A DNA stretch of 63,232 nucleotides, counting the filler, from Aduncisulcus paluster (lineage: Eukaryota): assembly GCA_024181965.1 (NCBI GenBank). It is 4 parts of 4 records of this genome, joined end to end, with 100 filler letters (N's around TTAATTAATTAA, not from the genome) between each part and the next. Parts side by side here need not be neighbours in the genome. Positions count along the whole stretch, not along the records: positions 1 to 31,591 come from BQXS01012454.1; 3 more parts are not named here. The stretch is one strand, 5' to 3'. Below the pieces are notes generated by a model. That model was not told the origin of the DNA. It did no database searches and saw only the letters and a list, made by a program, of their open reading frames with translations. The translations under genes and the position numbers were made by a program. This document shows positions 1-12,100 of this stretch, piece by piece (the first letter of the stretch is position 1; each line of letters opens with the position of its first letter).

Positions 1-3000
1 CCTCGAAATAAATTGATGTACCTCTCTTGAAAAAGTCGAGCAAAGTTGCCGAAATTTTGGAATAGAATGAATCTAATCTCACAATATATCCCTTGTGAAC
101 TTTTGATGTATAATTTGCACAAATACACAAATACTCTTCATCAAAATCTGCCTGAAATGGTTTGGATCTCTTAATTCTTGACAAGTGATCAAAAAAAGTG
201 TCAACAAGATCAATCAGAACTGGAATAGGGAGATAGACTTCAGATCTGGAATACAAATGATTAACAAACAATCTTAAACACTGAATACAAAGTGTGATCA
301 TTTTCTTATCTTTTTCTTCAATCTTACTCTTGGATTGGCATTCACGAAAGTTCGAAAGGATCTCATCTCGATGTTCATAGAAGAGTCTAGAAGTAGATTC
401 AGAGTCAGGGCATTGTTTGATCATTTCGACCAAATTGAATACATTTTTGATAGAAGGATAACAATTGTGAATATATCTGGAATAATCATCACCCCATCCT
501 CCATTCTTTGAACACCATTCCATGTCAGCATCATATTTGGGAGATATGTGAGGAACAATGGATGGAACAGTGGAGAGCATCGAGATGAGATTGGCCCAGT
601 GAATAGTTCCCCAGTTATCACCTCCCTCTTTCTTCTTCTTTACAATCGTAAACCAACTATCAAGAAGATCACCTTGAATAGAATCATGCACTTCAATGGC
701 TTGGGAAGGAATACAACTTAGATGGGCGAAGAACAAGAAAAATCGAATAACTACATCATCGTCAAATCTGAGCCCATTGGAAGCAGTGTCCTTGAGAATA
801 TTCAAGATAGGATGGAACACAAACCAGAGTTTAGAGGAACGACCTTCATGAGGACTAAAGCTTTCGCCATTATTGGTAATATTCTTCAAGATACAGGACC
901 AATGCACGAAGAACTTCTTGTCAGGATATTTCTCTATCCAAGGTAAGATATGAGGGCGAAGAAGGGATAAAAGGGAATCCTTGGTGAGGTTATTTTTGGT
1001 AAATGCAATACTTCGACAAATTCCAAGAACATCATTAACAAAAGAATCTCCAAATGTTTCAGATATACCAAGACTTAAAATGTCAGAGAGAAGACAAAAG
1101 CTTTGATCGAAAATATTCGGACATAACGATTCATCTGTTGTTGCGACATTGAGAATTCTAAACAGCATTGTTGTGATGGGATTCACGGTAGTTCCTTCAG
1201 TTTCTTCTTCATCTTCATCTTGTTCTTGTTCTTTCTCTCTAAGAGTAGCTTCAACTTTGATCATTGAAGGTAAGAAAGAGTCAATCATCTCCTTGATGAC
1301 GGAAAAATCAAGAATAATCTCAATATCATCTTCCTTCAAAGTCCCGTCTTCTTTTGTAACTTTATGCTTCACGAACATCGACAAACATTCGAAACAAAGC
1401 TCAAAGAGATCTCGATTTGATGTGATGACAGGTAGTGAAGTGGTGAACTCATCAAAGATAGCCTTGAGATAAAGAGATTTTCGTCGATAAAGGGATATGA
1501 TGGCAGACTGAAAGGAGGTTGTTTTGATTGAATCAATAAAGGACTGAAGGACACATTCATTTCTATTCATATTGCTTAGGTCGATTCCCTTGATATCTTG
1601 TCGTTTATATTGGCTATCACGATCATGAGAATGCTCACATCTACAAATATCCATATATTCTACTTCATGAATCACTCTTGAATGTTCGCTCTCTGAGGGT
1701 GACATCTCAGAGAAGGATGAAGAAGAGGAAGAGGAGGAAGAAGAGGAAGAGGAAGAGGAAGAGGAAGAGGAAGAGGAAGAGGAGGAAGAGGAGGAAGAGG
1801 AGGAAGAGGAAGATTCATGGGGAATTTCAGCAGAGGGTATTATAAAGGTTTGTGTAATATCACTCAGACCCATAGAACTCATTATTTCTGGTGATATCAT
1901 AGAATGGGATGAAATATAGCTTTCTATCAAAATGTGTGAATCACCTTTATACTTGTCAACCTGAGCCTTCACAATATCGTCAATGGATGGACATTTCCAA
2001 CCTTCTCCAATCTTTGGAAGAAGAGGTTTGATGGATTGAACTTTCTCACGGGCTTCATGAACACTCATACGTTCATCAACATCAACCTTTGTTAACCCTT
2101 CGAATATTTCATTCAGACAGGTGTAAACAGGCTTGAACTTGCGATCTTCAATGGTTTTTAGAGTTTTGAAAAGAGGAGAGTCGGAGAGTTTTGGACCCAT
2201 TCATTTCTATTCATATTGCTTAGGTCGATTCCCTTGATATCTTGTCGTTTATATTGGCTATCACGATCATGAGAATGCTCACATCTACAAATATCCATAT
2301 ATTCTACTTCATGAATCACTCTTGAATGTTCGCTCTCTGAGGGTGACATCTCAGAGAAGGATGAAGAAGAGGAAGAGGAGGAAGAAGAGGAAGAGGAAGA
2401 GGAAGAGGAAGAGGAAGAGGAAGAGGAGGAAGAGGAGGAAGAGGAGGAAGAGGAAGATTCATGGGGAATTTCAGCAGAGGGTATTATAAAGGTTTGTGTA
2501 ATATCACTCAGACCCATAGAACTCATTATTTCTGGTGATATCATAGAATGGGATGAAATATAGCTTTCTATCAAAATGTGTGAATCACCTTTATACTTGT
2601 CAACCTGAGCCTTCACAATATCGTCAATGGATGGACATTTCCAACCTTCTCCAATCTTTGGAAGAAGAGGTTTGATGGATTGAACTTTCTCACGGGCTTC
2701 ATGAACACTCATACGTTCATCAACATCAACCTTTGTTAACCCTTCGAATATTTCATTCAGACAGGTGTAAACAGGCTTGAACTTGCGATCTTCAATGGTT
2801 TTTAGAGTTTTGAAAGACTGAAGGACACATTCATTTCTATTCATATTGCTTAGGTCGATTCCCTTGATATCTTGTCGTTTATATTGGCTATCACGATCAT
2901 GAGAATGCTCACATCTACAAATATCCATATATTCTACTTCATGAATCACTCTTGAATGTTCGCTCTCTGAGGGTGACATCTCAGAGAAGGATGAAGAAGA

Positions 3001-4401
3001 GGAAGAGGAGGAAGAAGAGGAAGAGGAAGAGGAAGAGGAAGAGGAAGAGGAAGAGGAGGAAGAGGAGGAAGAGGAGGAAGAGGAAGATTCATGGGGAATT
3101 TCAGCAGAGGGTATTATAAAGGTTTGTGTAATATCACTCAGACCCATAGAACTCATTATTTCTGGTGATATCATAGAATGGGATGAAATATAGCTTTCTA
3201 TCAAAATGTGTGAATCACCTTTATACTTGTCAACCTGAGCCTTCACAATATCGTCAATGGATGGACATTTCCAACCTTCTCCAATCTTTGGAAGAAGAGG
3301 TTTGATGGATTGAACTTTCTCACGGGCTTCATGAACACTCATACGTTCATCAACATCAACCTTTGTTAACCCTTCGAATATTTCATTCAGACAGGTGTAA
3401 ACAGACTTGAACTTGCGATCTTCAATGGTTTTTAGAGTTTTGAAAAGAGGAGAGTCGGAGAGTTTTGGACCCATATCATTTCTAATCACCTCTATGAGTT
3501 TCTTTGTATATTGCTGTAAAGTCGTTGCTCCTTGTAAAGAGGGTATGTTATAAAAAGGATTGCCGCATTGGAATGTAGCAAGAATTGTGATACCAAGGGA
3601 ATAAGCGTCGCTTGATTGAGATGGAAATCCTCTAAGAGCTTCACACGAATTATACACTAAAGTGCCACATAATATTCTTTCCTGCCCTGCCGGTAGAGAT
3701 GATTCCTTAGGCATAAGCTCACTTGAATAGTCCGTAGAAACTGAAAGACATTCGAGGGATGAGTGAGAGGAATGTTCAACAGAGATTTTGATTTGTGCGA
3801 GACCAAGATCAGAAAGAACAACAGTGCATTTTCCATCCTTGGGGTCAAAACGAACAAGAAAGTTCTCAGGTTTGATGTCTCGATGAACAAGCCTTGGATT
3901 AGTTGAAAACACATCATCAAGACACTCAATCATTTCAACACAAAGAGCACTCACTCTCAGAGGGTCAAGAGTCATGGGACTGGAGGCATATTTACCCCCA
4001 ACACACCAACTATTGGCAAAGTCTTTCACATTCCCTCCAATACAAAATTCCATGATGAAGCCATACTCGAGTCTGCCATTGACATTGACCAAGTTAAGAA
4101 TATCAAGAGGCTTGGGGATACGGTGGAGCTTTTTTTGCTCTAGATCATAGAATATCTTGAAATGGGTTTTGAATTCCTTGCCACAGTCCATGAGTACCTG
4201 TTTATCGCCCCGCCTGACGATTTTTTTAAGAACACAATAATTATCATCACTACCGATTGTTACAAGTTGAACTTGACCAAATCCACCAATACCAAGCGTG
4301 CATTTTTCTTTTATCTCCCTTTTAGAAGTCAACGTCAGAGAATCAGGATCTTCTCGAATGTCATCTTCTGTAGACGGTGTTGATGCAGTAATGTGTTGCA
4401 T
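1..4401 (-). CDS. Ser/Thr protein kinase (lineage-expanded family) with C-terminal helical repeat region; interrupted by a triplicated segment, runs off window start
   Basis: ORF 2158-4401 has GIGGFG, VLKK, HRDIKPEN, DLG and GTLVYNSCE motifs. A second stop-free frame, absent from the ORF track, runs from 2200 to position 1 (MGPKLSDSP...ECVLQSFIDSIK...HISPKYDADMEWCSKNGG...). Collapsing the triplication gives one continuous gene. Confidence 0.85.
1542..3476. repeat. Three near-identical tandem copies of a ~630-660 bp kinase C-terminal segment containing a poly-Ser (GAR)n tract
   Basis: Copies at ~1542-2200, ~2201-2815 and ~2816-3476, offsets 644 (frameshifting) and 630 (in frame). The microsatellite is identical in all copies and I see only one SNP (KPV vs KSV). 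Confidence 0.9.
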
Positions 4402-5400
4402 GAATAAATATTATGATTATAATATCGCCAATAATCGATATGCTCTGATCCTGTACAATTATATACTATGTTTTAAAACAAGGGATGAGAAGATAATCAA
4501 GGGTTATAAGATAAGCAAAATAGAAAATATATTCCCCAATAAATAATCAAAATAGACATACTTTATACAAAATTGAGCAAGAAAAATTTTGTTCTGTTTA
4601 CCAACAGATCAGTGCATGAAGGTTTTCGATTTGACGGCGGTTACAATTTTATTCGGAAATATTTCCATATGAATCCAAATTAACATCTTCAATATGTTTT
4701 ATTTATCCCCACATAATGCTCATCCTATGCTTAAATAATGACCTATGTTTGAAAACTGCCATCAATTTTGTCTTCTTAGAGTATAGCATACATATCTTTT
4801 ATGAATATTCGATTTCATATCCATGCAAATATATTTTATGCAGTTAAAAACCATGACATCTTTCCCAACATCTTCAATTGAATTGTTGTCAAATTAAACC
4901 CTATCGGATTACTTTTATCATTTTCAATTTATTAATTAAATTTCGAGAGATGATGTTGAAATCCTTCTTATTCTTTGAAATTGAGTGAATTCAACCCAGA
5001 TGTTAAATTAGGGGAATATATCCAAAACTAACTATAATTTCCCAATGAAGCTCAAAAATAGCCACCTTTAGTTCCAAAAAATTAGAATTTCTGCGTAATT
5101 AACTGATTTTTTTGGCATTTAATTTCAAGGCCTACATTCAATTTCAGTAAATAAAGGAAAACAAAAGTAATAAACGAAAGAAAATCCAAAACAAAATTGA
5201 AACAATTAAAGCAATCATATTACGGATATCAAAAATTGTATATTACTGATTTTTAGAAGAATAAATCCAATCAAACCCAAAAAAAATCAACTCATGCAGA
5301 AGGAAAAAGACATGATATATATATATATATATATAATTTCATCAATCTAACCATATAATAATTAAAAATTAATTGATATTTCCGGCAATTATTATCTGAA

Positions 5401-6636
5401 TTATCTGTATTCGGATCCAAATAATCCAAAAGATTGAATTTCATGGAAGCTTCCAATTCCATTCCGTTTCTTCTTTCTTTTGTCAGATATCATTGCCTTT
5501 TCCTTCTCATCAATCAAATTAACTAATTTTTCAGTCCTATCCGAGGCCAAACCAGCCCTTCCACGAATGAATTCCAGTTTTCCGATAATCTCGGGATTAA
5601 CAAATTTATATGCGCTGACTCGTTGCATCATCCTCTGATATTCATCAATTTCAACCGATTCTACATATTTATGGGTTTCGTGAGAAAGAGTTGAGTGATA
5701 TGAATGCAGTTTAGAAAGAATGCGGGAAAACCGAATAATATTTTCATTTAAGGAGGTTATCTGTTCCATTTTTGCAATTTTTTGATGTTCAATATGTTTT
5801 TTAATCGTTGAATAATTCTTAGAAATTCTTTCAAGCAGTATTTTCATTCGGGCAGTAATGAGGGCCCGTGATGATTCGGAAACATATAAATCATCGCATG
5901 TATCATTCACTTGCTTAAAGAATTTCTTCATTTGTTCCCTAAAATTGATCAAAATATCAGAAGGAAGGCCTTTACCACCTCGAAAAGAGGGAACATCTAT
6001 AATAGATGGAAGAGCTTTAATTTGCGGAATGGATCGATCTTTTTTAAGATCAAAGGATGATATTATTGCATTTTTTAACTCAGACTTCAATTCTATTTCA
6101 CCAAAAGATGGAAGGCCAGATTGAGAAACTAATTCCTCTCGTTGCTTTGTTACTTTAGCCAAATTAACATTTTCATTGGTATTAGATATGCAAAAGAAGT
6201 CCCCAACTTTCCTAAATAACGAATCTCCCTGTTTTTCAACGAATCCATTTTCATGGGGGAAAGGAAATTGGCTTTGGCTAAGAAATATTTTCAATTTTGG
6301 TTCAATAATCATGACATCTGGAACAACAGGACACAAAGACCAGAAAAATCCATCATTGTCCTCTAAAACCAGCCGAAAACTATTCCAATCACAAAATGGA
6401 TTCGTATCATCTACAATAAATTCAGCACTTATAATTTTTTGCTTAATTGTGTATTCAAAATGCTTCTTGATCTTATCTTCATCAACTTTATCCCCAGCAC
6501 TCAAGAAATCACCCTTATTATAGATTGATATTGTACTATTTTGACTAGAATCCTTGCATTCATCTATGCTAATGAAAAAGTTTGGACAACGGGGAAAATC
6601 AACCAATATTTTCTCCCTTTTCATCTTTTTCTTCAA
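5401..6636 (-). CDS. Nup88/Nup82-like nucleoporin candidate
   Basis: DWNSFRLVLEDNDGFFWSLCPVVP resembles the Nup88/82 propeller motif W..F.....DG.IY.LCPVVP. C-terminal coiled-coil-like region. First ATG at 6624. Confidence 0.5.
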   Translation of the reverse strand: MKKKMKREKILVDFPRCPNFFISIDECKDSSQNSTISIYNKGDFLSAGDKVDEDKIKKHFEYTIKQKIISAEFIVDDTNPFCDWNSFRLVLEDNDGFFWSLCPVVPDVMIIEPKLKIFLSQSQFPFPHENGFVEKQGDSLFRKVGDFFCISNTNENVNLAKVTKQREELVSQSGLPSFGEIELKSELKNAIISSFDLKKDRSIPQIKALPSIIDVPSFRGGKGLPSDILINFREQMKKFFKQVNDTCDDLYVSESSRALITARMKILLERISKNYSTIKKHIEHQKIAKMEQITSLNENIIRFSRILSKLHSYHSTLSHETHKYVESVEIDEYQRMMQRVSAYKFVNPEIIGKLEFIRGRAGLASDRTEKLVNLIDEKEKAMISDKRKKKRNGIGSFHEIQSFGLFGSEYR

Positions 6637-6810
6637 CAGATCAAGGGAAAATCGAAACTTTTGCTTTTCTCAAGTTCAATTAATCAAAATGTTTTTTTGA
6701 CGAAAAATACATTATTTAAGATACAATTCTATTGCATTTTCCTTTGATTTATGTTTGTGATAAACCTGGAACATTGATTGGCTATTGATGTTGATGTTTT
6801 GAATACAAGC

Positions 6811-8871
6811 ATGTATGTAATACACATTTCACCGGATTAAATTTTAATTTATTTGTATAAAATGCTGAATCTTTGCAAAATTAACTCTAGTATATTTATT
6901 TTTCGTTCTCTATACATTTTCGCTTATATTGTTATTAGGAGTAGATTAATCGTGCGTAATATTCCAAAGTTTGTTAAAAAAGAACAATTAAAGGATGTTT
7001 TCAAGGAATTTGGGAATGTTACTGATTGTTTTATAGTTACAACGAAAGAAGGTGTTTCTCGAGAGTTTGGGTTTGTTGGATTTGCGAAAGAAGAATCAGC
7101 TCAAAAGGCTGTCGAAGAGTTGAATGGATCATACCTCTATCAGCGTAAGATTGAAGTCGTTCCTGCCCAGTCGGAAGGTGAAGCAACTTCTCGCAAACCT
7201 AAGCACCTCCAAAGTGATTCACAGCAATCTAAATCTATATCAAAAGCATCAAAAAAGTCCAAAAAGAAGCGTGATAAGAAGAAAGGCTCCTCTTTATCGG
7301 ATACTGGTCGTTTATATGTTTGTAATATCCCATATACTGCATCTGACGAGGATATTGAAGATATCTTCTGTAAATTCGGTGCTATATCAAATATTCATAC
7401 TCCACGTCGCTCAGAGACCGGATTAAATGAAGGATACGCTTTTGTACAGTTTATGTTACCTGAACATGCTTCAACTGCCATCAAGGAGCTCGACGGATCA
7501 ATTGTGATGGGAAGAAAGCTCTGTGTCTCACTAAGTGAGGTCAAAGAAGGTGAGACTGATGACAGCTTACTCAATAAGTCATTATCTTTCAAAGCTAGGA
7601 AGAAACAGCTCCAAAAGAAATTAAAATCAACTTCTGAATCATGGAACCCCCTGCATGTGTCCTCTTCCCATGCTGTTGATAGTATAAGTAAGATTGGTGG
7701 AATTGATAAAATGGAACTCATTGGTGCGGCCAAAGGATCTCACCAGAACGATGCTGCAGTCAGAGTGGCCATTGCAGAGGCAGAAGAGACTAAAGCAGCA
7801 CAAAGTTTCCTGGCTTTGCAAGGAATAGATCCGCTTGTGATTGATGAAGCAGCTGAACGTCATGCCAAGACTAAATTAAAACGCAGTAAGACAATTATGT
7901 TGGTTAAAAATGTCCCCCCCTCCGTCGCATCGTCAGAGTTAACTTCACTGTTCGAATCCTACGGTTCTATCATTCGTCTCTGCATGTCACCAAACAATGC
8001 CATTGGAGTGGTTGAATATACTGAACCCAAGGAAGCTTCTCAAGCCTTTTCTCGTCTCCTCTTGAGAAAGTTGGGAAAGACTCACACTCCGCTCTATCTT
8101 GAGTATGTTCCTGTGAATGCTATCGTCGGTGTCGGAGAAGCCATGAAATCTCTGAGAGCTCGAGATGCAGAGATGGGAGAAGGAGGAGAAGGAGATGCTG
8201 ATGGAGATGGAGAAAAGAAAGATGAGTTTGGTGGAATAATTGCCTCTGCTGATCGGGAACAGAAGATTTCTGTTTATATTAAAAATCTTAATTTCGATAC
8301 CGATGAAGACGCTCTCGAAACATGTCTAAGAAAGAAAGGGAAAGTGAAAGAAATTCGTGCGGTTGTGATTCAACGCAAGAAAATAACCCCGAAAGGAACC
8401 ACGAAACCCTTGATGTTATCGGCTGGATATGGTTTTATTGAGTTCCCCAGCGTTGATTCAGCTATTGAATGTGTAAGAAAAGTCAACAAAGGTCTTGTAT
8501 GCGATGGTCACAGACTCATGGCTGAGCTTAGTCAAAGTGGGAAACATGAGAAGAGAAGAGAGGAAGAGGAAGGTGATGAAGACGCTTCAAAAGAGGGCAA
8601 GAAAATAATGGTTAGAAATATCGCTTTTCAAGCAACTTCTAAGGAATTGCGAAAATTATTTACGGCATATGGACAGGTAAAAACTGTCAGAATGCCAAAA
8701 AAATATGGTGGTGGCGGTCGAGGCTTTTGTTTTGTTGAGTTCGTTTCTTCTAAAGAGGCTAAAAGAGCATATTATTCGCTTAAACATACACATTTCTATG
8801 GTAGACATCTCGTTGTTGAATGGGCTGAGGAAGATTCTGTCGAAAAGGGTAAAAGGAGATTTATTGAATAA
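6811..8871 (+). CDS. MRD1: Multi-RRM pre-rRNA processing protein Mrd1/RBM19, spliced
   Basis: Five RRMs with RNP1 motifs (REFGFVGF, EGYAFVQF, AGYGFIEF, RGFCFVEF), the Mrd1 linker SWNPL...AAVRVAIAE and C-terminal THFYGRHLVVEWAEE. AT(6811-6812) + intron 6813-6938 + G gives MSRLIVRN. Confidence 0.92.
6813..6938 (+). other. Spliceosomal intron (126 nt) inside the MRD1 start codon
   Basis: GTATGT donor, TTATTAG acceptor, AT-rich. Splicing restores the family N-terminus MSRLIV. Confidence 0.85.
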
Positions 8872-9106
8872 AGATATATATAGACAACCATCATTTTGTT
8901 GTTATTAGAATGTTCCCTTAGCATTATTCAATCAGAATGATGAGTTACAGATGCTTGGAATTTTAGGGAAAAAATATGCATTTATTTTGATTCATTTTCA
9001 CTAATAAATAATTATTTTCCATTTTTGAGGAATAATGCTATATAGTTACATGGATTACGTAAGATACAATACAGTATCCAATCAAAAATAGAATAGACCT
9101 TCCAAA

Positions 9107-12100
9107 TTGTTGAAGTCTCTTTTTTTCGGCTCCACGTGTATGGCTGAGAAAATTATCGGTCACACCCTTCAAAAAGATCTACCATGCAATGTAAAAATCG
9201 AGAACATCTTTCAATATAGCCAAAAAAACATTGTACAGGCGCCAAAGCTCTCTACGCTCAATCTCCAGTGTTTGAGAAGGAGTGGAAAAATGCTTGCCAT
9301 TTATAAAGCATTTAGAAGAGATGTTAAGGCGATTGAAGACACAACCACTGTTTGGAAGAAAGGCTTTTATCATATCTTTCGTCAATTGAGAACTTCCCTT
9401 AAACAGGTCCAAGATTCAGCTATTTCAGTCGTAGATCCATCTGCCCAACCTGATCAAGAGGCTCAAAGTGATGAAATCCGTAACAAGGAAGCCATGCTAC
9501 GTCAATCCTACAAAGCTTCTCTAATTGAAGCCAAGGAGCTGTACAGTTCAATTATTGTGAACATTATCACAGGATGTGGAATGCTTAAGAAGCGCGGTGG
9601 TGGTGTATCTCCCGATAGCTCGTCCCCTCAGTTTACAATTCTAAAACGCCCACCAATTCCGTCTTCAAGGTTAAATTTATTAATTCGACTTCTATGCACA
9701 TGTTTTGTGTGGTATGGAGATATTTATAGGTATGCTGAGAAGCATTCTATTGATATTTCATCATCATCTCCCTATTCAAACCTTCTCCCTACTTCCTCGA
9801 CTCAAATATACGCACTTTCTCTGTATTTGGACCCATCATTTGGTGCAGCATTTAATTCCCTCGCCATATCCGATGCCATTTATTCCACATACCGAAAAAG
9901 AACAGATTCTCTCATGAAGTCAATTATTGGTCGATCCAGAGTCGCTTCTTTCTCATCTCTCCATAAATATAGACCATCTCAACCCCCTTCTTTCCTATTA
10001 TTGCGTAACCATGAGTATTCCAGCCCCCTCTCCTGTCTTGTGAACTCTTTCCTTCATGTTAGGGCCCTCTTAGCCTCTTTTCCTTTCCCTCACTCTTTCC
10101 ACAATCTTACACATACCATGCACGACGCAGCGAAGAAGCTGAGAGATCTCGAGAGACGTGTGAGACTCAAAGCCAAGAGAGCCAAGCTCATTCGTGATAA
10201 AGCCGAAGGAAAACCGCTCAAGAATAAGAAAGCAGCCAAGAAGATGAAAGGAGACAAGAAACCACTCTCCTCTTCTTCTCCATCTTCTTCTCTCTCTTCT
10301 CCATCTCCCATCACACTTGTTCCCTTCATACTTAACCTCTGTGATCTTGAAACGATGCTCCCTAATTCAACTGATTGTTTACCTTCAATGAGTGAGTTCG
10401 ACTCCTTCCCATTGTATTTTGACTCTCTGTTCCCGGATGTTGGCTCTATCACGGTCGATGAGAAGTCAAGAGGAGTTAAACATCGTTTCCCAGGTTCATC
10501 AAAGTATCTACACGGATTAGTTCAGGAAACCTCTTCTTCTCTCTCACTGTCAGCAGAGCAGGAAGAGGAGGAATCCTTGATTCCAATAAGTGCTTGCTCC
10601 TCTTCCTCTTCCTCTTCCTCTTCCTCTTCCTCTTCTTCCTCTTCTTCGCTACACTATTTCAAAGGAATAGCTCTAAAGTATCCTCTTGTGAAAACAATGA
10701 TACCAGCAATTATTTCTTTATCTGTTTATGAGTGTGTTGAGTTTTGTTCCCTTTTATACAATCCCCAGGCAGGAAGAGCAATGTTAGAGTGGATCAACCA
10801 AGAATTCCAACGCTCAAGGGGTATAGAACAGGCCAGATCCACACTGAAAGGCGATCCACAGCTCTCAACAAGTCACACTGGCTATTCTGCGAAAGAAAGA
10901 GATTCTGCGAAAGAAAGAGGGAAAGAAAGAGATAGTGATATCCCATTAACAGCTGTCCCGTCATGTAATCTATTAGCTTTATGCCTTAATAGACCATTCG
11001 GACAGTTCTCACCAATGTTACACCATCTTTCTCTTTCTGTTCTTTTTACTGCAGATATCATCATTCAAGGAGTTGGATTTGAGTCTTTCTCATGGGCTAA
11101 AAATAGATTTCTTTCATTATTGCTTTATAGCGGTCTTTACATGTATTCTAACAGTTGTAGAGATTCCTGTGAGTTGTGGAAAGAACAACAACTCTCCTTA
11201 AACCCAGAGCTTTCTAAAACAATTGATATTGATATTAATGTCGATAGATATTATCCTTTCTCAATATACCACCTTGCAGATCCAACCTTTATCTCCTTCC
11301 TCTTCTCTTCTCTGTATATCGTGTCTGTTCTGCCTTCCTTCTCAACCTCTACGGAATCTCTCCATCTTGCTGTGTCATTCTTTAGCGAATATGTCTCTGT
11401 TCTAAGGGTTATTATAAGTCATATCAACAAGACTCACGTCAAACGTTCCCCTTCAGTTCAAATGTCCCTCCATCATATCTTGAAAGTCGTTGAAACTATC
11501 CTCCGTCCACTTGCTCACTGTTCAATGATATTCACAAGTTCCCTGTGTGGTGCCATACGACGTCTCGACAAGGCCAATCGTGATGCTCTACAGGACATTG
11601 TACTGTTAATGAGGGAGAAGAAGAGGAGAACTGTAGGAACGACATCGTATGCCTCGACTTCCACCAGATCAGAACCCTCATCATCAGCAGCAGCGATAGT
11701 ACCTCCAACAACAACAGTTGTTAGTCACGGTAAGCAGTTTATTGTTGAATCCCATGAAGATGATCCCATTGACCGTGATGATGATACTCTTCACTCCTTG
11801 TCGATATCTGTATCTCAAGGATTCTCAGCCCCCCTTTCTTCTATTCCTATTGATCTCCAGCGTGATTTACTCATTAGTGATGCGCATCCATCGATTATCG
11901 ATCCTTCATTTATTTCACAGGCTTCCTCCACAACTTCCTCTTTAACTTCCATCCCAACTTTGTCATCTCAGGGGTCTACTACTATCACAAAACCTCAGGT
12001 TCAACCCATCAGTGGCACATCCCCTGTGCCTTCCTCTTCCTCTTCCTCTTCCTCTTCCTCTTCTTCCGTGTCCTCTCCCTTCGTGAAGACAACCCCCAGT

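Noticed and set aside
1718..3087. GAGGAA arrays as CRISPR or telomeric repeats
   Set aside because: They are coding poly-Ser microsatellites without spacers, and similar tracts occur in many ORFs here.
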